DNA of 63,478 bases, filler included, from Octopus bimaculoides (lineage: Eukaryota): the NCBI RefSeq assembly GCF_001194135.2. It is 4 parts of 4 records of this genome, joined end to end, with 100 filler letters (N's around TTAATTAATTAA, not from the genome) between each part and the next. Parts side by side here need not be neighbours in the genome. Positions count along the whole stretch, not along the records: positions 26,854 to 57,307 come from NC_069009.1; 3 more parts are not named here. One strand, written 5' to 3'. Shown here piece after piece: positions 41,155-50,820 of this stretch; within the stretch, counting starts at the first letter, position 1, and each line of letters opens with the position of its first letter. Below the pieces are notes generated by a model. It was not told where the DNA came from. It saw nothing but the letters and a program-made list of their open reading frames with translations, and searched no databases. The position numbers and the translations under genes were made by a program.

Positions 41155-42995
41155 CATCATCAGCATCATGGTTTAACGTCCTCTTTCCATGCTGGCATGG
41201 GTTGGACGGTTTGACTGAGGGCTGGCGAGCCAGAAGGCTGCACCAGGCTCCAATCTGATCTAGCAATGTTTCTACAGCTGGATGCCCTTCCTAACGCCAA
41301 CCACTCTGAAAGTGTAGTGTGTGCTTTTTACGTGCCACTGACACAAGGGCCAATTAGGCGGTACTGTCATTGGCCACAACAATGACTTCACTTGCCTCAA
41401 CAGGTCTTCGCATGTGGGCAATGATTGAAGGCTGCTCTTAAACGAGCTGGTTATGCTGCACTAGCATAAGCCATGGTTACAGTCTCACTTGGCTTACTAT
41501 GTCTTCTCAAGCACAGCATATCTCCAAAGGTCTTGGTCACTTGTCATCGCCTCAGTGAGGGCCAGCGTTTGAAGGTTGTGTTTCATCACCTCATCCCAGG
41601 TCCTCTTGGGTCTACCTCTTCCATAGGTTCCCATTACTGCTAGGGTGTGACACATTATCACCCAGCTGTCCTCATCCATTCACAACACATGACCATACCA
41701 GCGCAGTCGTCTCTCTTGCACACCACATCTGATGCTTCTTATGTCCAGCTTTTCTCTCAGGGCTCTTACACTCTGTCGTGTATGCACACTGACATTACAC
41801 ATCCAGCAGAGCATACTGGCTTCATTCCTTGCAAGCCTACGCATGTCCTCAGCAGTCATGGCCCATGTTTCACTGCCATGTAGCATGGCTGTTCGTACAC
41901 ATGCGTCATACAGTCTGCCTTTTACTCTGAGTGAGAGGCCCCTTGTCACCAGCAGAGGTAGGAGCTTTCTGAACTTTTCCCAGGCTATTATTCTAGCAGC
42001 TATGCTCTCAGAGCAACCACCCCCCACTACTGACTTGGTCACCCAGGTAATGAAAACTATCAACTACTTCAAGTTTTTTCTACACATTTTCAGTGTTTAT
42101 TGCACCTGAGTATTTGCCACATACAAAAACTATCTTTCCAGTTAACCTTTCTTTGATGTTGCTGCACCTCTTATGTGTCCATAGCCTACACCGGGTACAT
42201 CTTATGGAGTTTCTACCTATGCCTTTTCTACAGATTGAGCAGGGCCATCTAATTGAAGGGACTTTGGTTTTTGCTAGATTGATTCTAAGGCTCTTCAATT
42301 CTAGACCTTGCTTCCACACCTGAAACTTCTCTAGTTCTGATAGTGACTCAGCAATTAGAGCAAGGTCATCAGCATAGAGAACCTCCCAGGGGCATCCTGT
42401 CTTGAATTCCTCTATTATTGCCTGAACGACTATGATGGATAAGAGGGGGCTGAGGACTGATCCTTGGTGGACCCATACTCCTACCCGGAATTCTTCACTA
42501 TACTCGTTGCCAACCCTTACCTTACTGACTGCATCCCTGTTCATGGCTCATACAGCTCTCACTAACTACTCATCTATCCCTAGTTTCTACATTGACTACC
42601 AGATAAGGGATCGGGGGACCCTGTCAAAGGCTTTCTCCTTGTCAATGAAACCTGGGTACAGAGATTTATCCTTGGCTAGGTATTTTGCCTGCAGCTGTCT
42701 CACTAGAAATATAGCATCAGTGGTAACTTTGCCCTGGCACAAATCCAAACTGCATCTCGTCTAGACTGACTCTCTCCCAAATTAGTTGGGCTATGACCCT
42801 CTCTGTAACTTTCATTACCTGATCCAACAACTTGATGCCTCTGTAATTATTTGTATCTAATGCATCATCTTTACCTTTGTAGCAGTTGACTATGGTGCTG
42901 CTACACCAGTCATTGGGTATGATGACTCCTTCATCATATATCACCTGATTGACTCTATGGGTGACGAGACTATAGCCGACACCACTAGATATTTT
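41155..42995 (-). mobile_element. 5'-truncated RTE-clade LINE (RT domain, C-terminus, 3' UTR, (GAT)n tail)
   Basis: NNYRGIKLL..QFGFVPG, HQGSVLSPLL, LYADDLAL, RINLAKTKV, AMLHGSETW, RRLRWYGHV, GRGRPKRTW; frameshifted. Confidence 0.9.
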
Positions 42996-43024
42996 AAGCA
43001 GTGATTCCCGATGGGCCAGAGGCT

Positions 43025-43275
43025 TTCCCTGTCATCTTTCCATGCTGGCATGGGTTGGACGGTTTGACTGAGTATGCCCTTCCTAACGCCAACCACTCTG
43101 AGAATGTAGTGGGTGCTTTTACGTGCCACTGGCATGAAGGCCAGTCAGGCAGTACTGGCAACGGCCACACTAGAAATGGTGTATTTTACGTGCCACCTGC
43201 ACAGGAGCCAGTCCAGCAGCACTGGCAACGACCTCGCTCGAATGTTGTCTTTCATATGCCACTGGCACAAGTGAC
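43025..43275 (-). mobile_element. RTE 3' UTR fragment abutting the + strand RTE copy
   Basis: TTTCCATGCTGGCATGGGTTGGACGG..CCCTTCCTAACGCCAACCAC. Confidence 0.75.
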
Positions 43276-44247
43276 AGAGAGTGTTGTCATTAGAATAAGA
43301 ATAACCTGGGCAAAGTTCAGAAAGCTCCTACCTCTGCTGGTGACAAAGGGCCTCTTGCTCAGAGTGAAACGTAGACTGTATGTGTGCAAACCGCCATGCT
43401 ACATGGCAGTGAAACATGGCCCATGACTGTTGAGGACATGTGTAGGCTTGAAAGAAATGAAGCTAATATGATCCGCTGGATTTGTAATGTCAGTGTGCAA
43501 TACACGACAGAGTGTAAGTGCCCTGAGAGAAAAGTTGAACCTAAGAAACATTAGATGTGGTGTACAAGAGAGACGACTGCGCTGGTATGGTCATGTGCTG
43601 CATATGGATGAGGAGAGCTGTGTGAAGTGTCACTCTCTAACAGTAGAAAGAACCCATGGAAGAGGTAGACCCAGGAAGACATGGGATGAGGTGGTGAAGC
43701 ACAACCTTCAAAAGTTGGGCCTCATAGAGGCAATGACAAGAGACCGAGACCTTTGGAGATATGCTGTGATTGAGAAGATTCGGCAAGTAGAGTGAGATCA
43801 CAGCCGTAGTCTTTACCAGTGTTGCATAACCAGCCCATTTAAAAGGTACCTTTGAATTGTCAGGTAACACATTGTGCGTGAGGAAACCTATTGAGTCAAG
43901 TAAAATCAAAGTCAAAATCACCATCAGAATCTCAATCAAATCGAAATCAAATGGAAATTGTTGTGCTGACCGACTCTCGTGCTGGTGGCACGCAATAAGC
44001 ACTATTCATGTGTGTGTTGATGCCAGTGCTGTCTGACTGGCTCCCTGTGCCGGTGGCACATAAAAAGCATCATCTAAATGTGGTCAATGCCATATATATG
44101 GCGTTAGGAAAGACATTCACCCATAGAAACCATTCCAAAACAGACATGCAATCTGAACAGCCTTTCAGTCAGTCAGCTCCTGTCAAATCGTCCAACCCAT
44201 GCCAACATAGAAAACAGACATTAAATGATGATGATGATGATGATGAT
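43276..44247 (+). mobile_element. 5'-truncated RTE-clade LINE (C-terminal ORF, 3' UTR, (GAT)n tail)
   Basis: TWAKFRKLLPLLVTKG..AMLHGSETW..QERRLRWYGHVL..GRGRPRKTWDEVV..DRDLWR; the UTR ends in a GAT tail. Confidence 0.9.
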
Positions 44248-44353
44248 ATACAGAGTAAGCACATAAATGTGAAAGGTGGGAAAAAATAGTACTTGCATAT
44301 CAGAGGTAGAATAATATGTTTTATTATTAAAGCTGCACAAAAATCACAAAAAA

Positions 44354-44388
44354 CTGCTACTCAGTTTCACGTTCCATTCATCGGACAG
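44354..44388 (-). ncRNA. Minimal type I hammerhead motif (U4C variant) in the left palindrome arm
   Basis: CTGT-CCGATGA-ATG gaa CGT-GAAA-C tga GT-A-GCAG: stems I, II and III, GUA cleavage triplet. Confidence 0.55.
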
Positions 44389-44456
44389 TTGTGATTAAGA
44401 ATGGGACAAGACTTAAGGTTATTGTACCTTAATTCTTATCCCATTCTTAATCACAA

Positions 44457-44494
44457 CTGTCCAGTGAACAGGAACGTGAAACTCTAAGTAGCAG
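44457..44494 (+). ncRNA. Degenerate hammerhead motif in the right palindrome arm
   Basis: CTGT-CCAGTGA-ACA ggaa CGT-GAAA-C tctaa GT-A-GCAG; core box mutated. Confidence 0.35.
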
Positions 44495-44558
44495 TTCTTT
44501 GTGATATTTTTGTGTTGTTTTTGCAGCTTCAATAATAAAGTATATATGTATGTATGTA

Positions 44559-44601
<43 letters not shown>

Positions 44602-44602
44602 G

Positions 44603-44699
44603 TCACTCACAAGGCTTTGGTTGGCCCAAGGCTATAGTAGAAGACACCTGTACAAGGTGCCATGCAGTAGGACTGGACCTGGAACAATGTGTTTGAGCA

Positions 44700-44731
<32 letters not shown>

Positions 44732-44935
44732 TTGTCCCCCACTACAGTGCTTGACAATTAGTGCTGGTTTGTTTACGTTTCCATAACTTAGTGGTTTAGC
44801 AAAAGAGACTGATAGAATAAGTACCAGGGTTAAAAAAGAAGTCCTGGGGTTAATTCATTCTTCTAAAAATTCTTCAAGGCGGTGCCCCAGCATGGCTGCA
44901 GTTTGATAACTGAAACATATAAAATATGAGATAAA
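44603..44935. mobile_element. SINE family A with inverted 5' half (head on -, body on +)
   Basis: 44603-44700 is the reverse complement of the head; 44705-44935 is the forward body and tail. Confidence 0.65.
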
Positions 44936-44956
44936 AGATCGACATATGTATATATC

Positions 44957-45125
44957 TACAAGGGGGTGCTGAAAAGTTCCTGATTTCAAGGGTATCACAA
45001 AAGGCCTAGTTGGAGGCCCAACTTTGAGTTCTTTTACAGAGCTTAGACAAATTGAAAGTCCACTGCACTAAGTTTGTGAATCTAAGAAGGGAATATGTTG
45101 AATAAAATCATAATTAACTGATGCA
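44957..45125 (-). mobile_element. Mariner-derived MITE, truncated, opposite orientation to 46323-46523
   Basis: TACAAGGGGGTGCTGAAAAGTTCCTG terminus; shared TTGAATAAAATCATAATTAA block. Confidence 0.7.
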
Positions 45126-45607
45126 TGATTTCAATAGCTGGAACCGATGGTGCATTGTAAAAAACACTTCATCTCATGTTACTTTGCAATGACTTTGATA
45201 CTTGACCTGTGGTACACCATGCATTTGTTCAGGCATTGTCAATTTGATGAAGGGAGTGAGTCAGTGTACAGCACAAACATTTGATCACTATAAACAAATC
45301 ATTTGTGCAGTTGTTCAGCAAGAAATTCCAGAACCATCTTTCTCAGACTGCAAGAAATTTGTACAACATAATGTTCTATTATTAGTGGAGTAAACAAAAA
45401 AGTACTCCATCCAGAGTAAGAATAATGCCATTTAATAAATGCAAGTTTTAAATGTAAGCTACAATAAGTTTCAGGAATGTGAAAGATTGCAAGATAGTAC
45501 AGAGCATGCTATACAAGCTGGTTCAACTACTGTACTGTCACAACAGGAAACTTATAGTAACTCATATTTAAACCCAGTGTTTATTAAATTGTAAATATGT
45601 TAGCTTT

Positions 45608-46110
45608 GTTATCATTATCATTCTGTTTTCCATGCTAGCATAAGTTGGACAGTTTGACAGGAGTTGGCAAGCTGAGAAGCTGCATCAAGCCCCAAGTATC
45701 TATTTTATCATGCTTTCTGTGGCTGGATGCCCATCCTAATGTCAGCCACTTAATAGAGTGTACTGAGCGTTCTTTACATGACTGTACATGGCACTTATAC
45801 ATGACACCAGAATGGATACTTTTTATGTGGCACTAGCATGGATACTTTTAATGTGGCACCAGCATGAGTGCTTTTATGTGGCACCAACATGGGTGCTTTA
45901 TTAATGGCACCAGTGCAGATCCTTTTTATGTGGCAGCAGCACAGGTGTTTTCTACATTGCACCAGTATGGATGCTTTTTATATGGAGCCAGCATAGGTGC
46001 TTTATATGTGACACCAGCAGGGGTGCTTCATATGGGCATCAGCATGGGTGCTTCTTATATGGCACCAGCACCAATGATTCATATATGGCAAAGTACCATT
46101 GCTTTACATG
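45608..46110 (-). mobile_element. RTE 3' UTR fragment with an expanded ~23-nt minisatellite
   Basis: Tail motif at 45610-45760; repeated TTTTATGTGGCACCAGCATGGGTGC-like units at 45790-46110. Confidence 0.7.
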
Positions 46111-46322
46111 TGGTACCAGTATGTATATCTGTATGAAATGAAGATGAACTAAGAAAAATAACCCTGGTTGGCCAGTGGCATGTATTTGTAAAGCAAAGGC
46201 AAAAGTTTTCTCCCTAAGAGTGAAAGGCAAACTACAACAATGGATCTGAATAATGTAGTCTTCTTATGCTATACATTACACACAATAATCGGGATATTCA
46301 TGTAATGTGTGAATGTGCATAT

Positions 46323-46523
46323 GTACAAGGGGAGTGGGGTGCAAATTTCCTGGCTTTAGATAAAAGAAAATACAGGAGGATCATTTAATTATGATTTTAT
46401 TCAATATATTCCCCTCTCAGATTGAAGTGGCTCTTCAGTTTTTCTAAACCCTGTAAAAGAACTTAGAAGGTTGGGCATCCAACCAGGCTTTTCATGATAC
46501 CCTTGAAGCCAGGAACTTTTCGG
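46323..46523 (+). mobile_element. Mariner-derived MITE with both TIRs, about 190 nt upstream of exon C
   Basis: TACAAGGGGAG..TTCCTGGCTT and AAGCCAGGAACTTTTCGGCACCCCTCGTA termini. Confidence 0.75.
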
Positions 46524-46712
46524 CACCCCTCGTATATCTTGTTATATCTGTCATGTTCTGATTTACGCTGTCCTTCTCATTTCCTCTTTCTCTGCACTAA
46601 TTATTTCATGTCTTCTCTCTTTGCACTAATTATTTCATTATCTTCTAAGTCTCTCTCTCTTTTTCTCTATCTCTCCCTCTCATGTCAATTTTTCACTAAT
46701 TCTCTCTTCCAG

Positions 46713-46773
46713 ATCAGAAGTTCTGTCACAAGAGATGGCAGGTGAACCAGTTTATGAAATATACATCATCCAG
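46713..46773 (+). CDS. USP19: USP19-like exon C (SEVLSQEMAGEPVYEIYIIQ), phase 2-0
   Basis: TCTCTCTTCCAG acceptor, GTAAAT donor, 61 nt. Its phase fits exon B exactly, and it resembles USP19 FELLSSELAKERVVVLEVQQ. Confidence 0.8.
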
Positions 46774-47426
46774 GTAAATGTCTTCACTCCCACTCACACT
46801 CCTCAACCAGCCAACACATAGTGGCCCTTTGTCCTACCCCACCATTGTACCTAATTACTTCCCTCTCCTTTCTTCTCTGTCTGTTGTGCCTTGTGAGTGT
46901 AGTTAGCTAGCTTTGGGAATAATGATATGAAGAGAGAGTTGTATTTCAATGAACAGGAGCAAATCTACAAGCTCACATAACTTGGTCTCATCAAAATTCC
47001 TCATGTAACCATGGAAATTATTCGTGTATTTCTTTTTTCTTTGTCCTGTGTATGACTTGTGATACACAGTGATAAGAAACTTTCAAGAGAGCTGAACAAC
47101 AGATGGTCTTCAGAGAAGAAACACCATCTTAGGCAAGTGTTTTGGCCCTTAACTTCTTACACTCTAAGCAGGCCAGGCTACATCCAGGTCATAACTCCTG
47201 GATGCTTTTCTGCCAACACTATTCAGAGAAGTTTCAAACCACAGAACCAAATTTTAGGTGCCTACAATACATTTACACAGTTGGTGTTTGGAGATGTTAT
47301 TTCACTTTTATTAATGATGGTGGTGGTGGTGGTGAAACTGTGTTGATTATTTCAGTGGTTATTGTAGAACACTATTCTGTATATGAGTGTGATAGTGTAT
47401 AGTAATGTATATATACAGATATAGCT

Positions 47427-47795
47427 GCAGGCGTGACTGTGTGGTAAGAAGTTTGATTCCCAACCACATGGTTTCAGGTTCAGTCTCACTGTATGGCACC
47501 TTGGGCAGGTGCCTTCTAATGTGGTCTTAGGCTCATCAAAGTCTTGTGAGTAGATTTGGTAGATGGTAACTGAAAGATGACTACCGTATATATGTGTGTG
47601 TGTTTGGTCTCTCCTCACTGCTTAACAACTGGTGTTGTCCCTGTAACTGAGTAGTTTAGTAAAAGAGATCAATAGAATACTACGATTTAAAAAAAAAGTA
47701 CTGGGGTTGATTCATTCAGCTAAGTCCTTCAAGATGTTGCCCCAGCATGGCCACATTCTAATGACTGAAACAAGTAAATGATGAGAGATAAAAGA
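47427..47795 (+). mobile_element. SINE family A, full length
   Basis: Collinear with 7243-7617. Confidence 0.8.
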
Positions 47796-48114
47796 TCTAC
47801 ACTACACTACAGCCTGCTCCCGATCCCATCACCTTTTGACTTTGGTAAAATTTAGAGGTGGATGACAGCCTGCTGGGCTGAAATCCACACACACACTGTG
47901 GCTCTAGGTCCTTGTTCTGTGTCAGACAAGGAATTGCATTGATCTGACAAGAATCCTGACCTTTGGATTTCACCCCTGGAGTTGGTCCCAATCTATGGGG
48001 TCTTGCCTTCCTCAACCAGATCCACTGGCAGGAGAATTTAAAGTCTGAGTTTCCCTTGAAACCTAGAGTACCCCATGTGGTTGGAAAGAGAACTGCTTAC
48101 CACACAACCATGCC

Positions 48115-48154
<40 letters not shown>

Positions 48155-48935
48155 TAAATATATAGGGATTGACAGTAACCTGCTTCTCCAACATACTGAG
48201 AATTCAGAAATAGCAGTCAAAAAACTACTGATTTCAAAACTACAAATTATTACTCNNNNNNNNNNNNNNNNNNNNNNNNNNNNNNNNNNNNNNNNNNNNN
48301 NNNNNNNNNNNNNNNNNNNNNNNNNNNNNNNNNNNNNNNNNNNNNNNNNNNNNNNNNNNNNNNNNNNNNNNNNNNNNNNNNNNNNNNNNNNNNNNNNNNN
48401 NNNNNNNNNNNNNNNNNNNNNNNNNNNNNNNNNNNNNNNNNNNNNNNNNNNNNNNNNNNNNNNNNNNNNNNNNNNNNNNNNNNNNNNNNNNNNNNNNNNN
48501 NNNNNNNNNNNNNNNNNNNNNNNNNNNNNNNNNNNNNNNNNNNNNNNNNNNNNNNNNNNNNNNNNNNNNNNNNNNNNNNNNNNNNNNNNNNNNNNNNNNN
48601 NNNNNNNNNNNNNNNNNNNNNNNNNNNNNNNNNNNNNNNNNNNNNNNNNNNNNNNNNNNNNNNNNNNNNNNNNNNNNNNNNNNNNNNNNNNNNNNNNNNN
48701 NNNNNNNNNNNNNNNNNNNNNNNNNNNNNNNNNNNNNNNNNNNNNNNNNNNNNNNNNNNNNNNNNNNNNNNNNNNNNNNNNNNNNNNNNNNNNNNNNNNN
48801 NNNNNNNNNNNNNNNNNNNNNNNNNNNNNNNNNNNNNNNNNNNNNNNNNNNNNNNNNNNNNNNNNNNNNNNNNNNNNNNNNNNNNNNNNNNNNNNNNNNN
48901 NNNNNNNNNNNNNNNNNNNNNNNNNNNNNNNNNNN

Positions 48936-48988
<53 letters not shown>

Positions 48989-49070
48989 TACATAATACAT
49001 TTAATATTTGTGTGTGTATATATATATATATATACACATATATATGTGTATATATATAGATATATATACA

Positions 49071-49869
49071 TGCAAGGGTTATGGAATCGAGTAGGAAAAG
49101 TCCAGGCTACATATGTTTCTTAGCGAGTGGAACTTCAGAAGTGGTAAAATCCAAGTGAGGTGTATACTGCTGGCTACTCTTCAGGCCAAGGATACCTTGA
49201 TTAGATTAAAGGTTATATTTTGCTTTGTCACAAGGAAGTATGTGTTGACAGGAAGAAGATTCAATCAGAATGTGTGGACGGTACGGTATGAGGGGGGTAT
49301 ATAGATGGAGGGAGAAATAAGTATTAGAAGAAGCAAAGAAAGAAGAAAAAAATATAAGAGAGTGAGAGGAAGGAGGAATTGGGTGAGGTCAGTTGACTGG
49401 TAGTAGATAATATAGTAGTTTTGGCTGAATCACAGAATTTAGTGTTATTGGAGGGGAGAGGGTTAGGAAATATTTTTGGTCCTGAGGGAGAAAGAAAGTG
49501 TGTATGAATAAAGCAAGGTAGGGTGAGGAATTTAAGCCTGGCGAACTGGTTGTTGGTAGTCAAAGGGCTTTTATGGCCAAAAGGCAGAGACTGGCAGGAG
49601 AGTGGTGGGTAAAGAAAAAAGAAACATGAAGTAGTGGAGGTATGTGTAGGCATATGTATTAGTAAGGTTATGAATTGGGGGGGGAGTTNNNNNNNNNNNN
49701 NNNNNNNNNNNNNNNNNNNNNNNNNNNNNNNNNNNNNNNNNNNNNNNNNNNNNNNNNNNNNNNNNNNNNNNNNNNNNNNNNNNNNNNNNNNNNNNNNNNN
49801 NNNNNNNNNNNNNNNNNNNNNNNNNNNNNNNNNNNNNNNNNNNNNNNNNNNNNNNNNNNNNNNNNNNNN

Positions 49870-49905
<36 letters not shown>

Positions 49906-50820
49906 TTAGGGGGAGACAAGAGCGGGATGGGGTTGTAATTATTTCTATTTTGAGAATAGATTTAGTGCCAGGTGTTTGCCAAGATCACACTTGTTATATC
50001 TACTGTAAGGTTTGGCATGGGTGACTATGGACCATTTGAGAGTGTAAGGGGTTGAATAAAGCATTAATTCAATAAATTGAGATAATGATGTACTGTTAGA
50101 TTTTGTTTGGGATTTGAAGCTAGAGTAGTGACTGCTCACTGAAGGTGGTGCTACATGAGCCGATGTAAATGTCGTTACAATTGTTGGTTGAGACTGTGCA
50201 CTTCTTATAAACTATGTTTTTAGTGAGACAGCGGTTATCTAAAGGACAGGAAGTTGGGCGTCTGAAGCTGCATAGGTTTGTGGGGGGTGTTCTGGATGAG
50301 CTTGTGAGGGGTTGTTATTTGGTGAGGAATTGGTGTTCAGTTTGTTATTATAGTTGGTGCTAGGTTATCATTTGATAAGGAGTTGAGGGTGGTGTTGTTG
50401 AGTTGGTATGATAATTATTGTCTGGTGGTATCCTCTGGGATGTTCTCTATTATGACAGGAAGTATATTTTGGTGTTGTGGTATATAATTAGTGTCGGGTG
50501 TTAGCATTGGCATTATAGTTGTAGTTATAAGGGTTAGTTTTGTTAAGGGGGTCAGTTGGTACATTGGGTTTATATGTATGGAGTTGGCGGTTATCTTGAA
50601 TTAATTTACAAGGGTAGGGGTTAGCTGTTAGTGGATTTCAAGGTTTCTTGCTGTTAAGATTTTGGATAACTCCGGCAATATTGATGATGGTGGAGCTGGA
50701 CGATTTTATAGACTGAGGGTTAAATATTTTTCTAAGGGGGTTAGATTTAGGGAAATGTTTTTCAAGTAGGGTGAAGAAGAGTTTGAATACTTGAGTCTGG
50801 ATGTTATCACCACCTTCAAA
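49071..50820 (-). mobile_element. Penelope-like element: linker, GIY-YIG endonuclease, 3' UTR/pLTR
   Basis: FFTLLEKHFPKSNPLRKIFN, CSFRRPTSCPLDNRCLTKNIVYKKCTV..DIYIGSCSTTF, HYSSFK..LKWSIV..AKPY..CDL. Confidence 0.85.
49105..49187 (-). ncRNA. Type I hammerhead motif with a 48-nt loop 2 in the PLE pLTR
   Basis: GGC-CTGAAGA-GTAGC[48 nt]GCTAA-GAAA-C atat GT-A-GCC; palindromic helix III ACATATGT, GUA site; G10.1-A11.1 mismatch. Confidence 0.6.

Larger units (their letters stand above)
44321..44538. repeat. 218-bp imperfect palindrome (arms ~100 bp, 6-nt loop 44420-44425) made of two inverted PLE-type terminal fragments
   Basis: The reverse complement of the right arm matches the left arm from TTATTATT-AAGCTGC to TTAAGGT. 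Confidence 0.9.
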
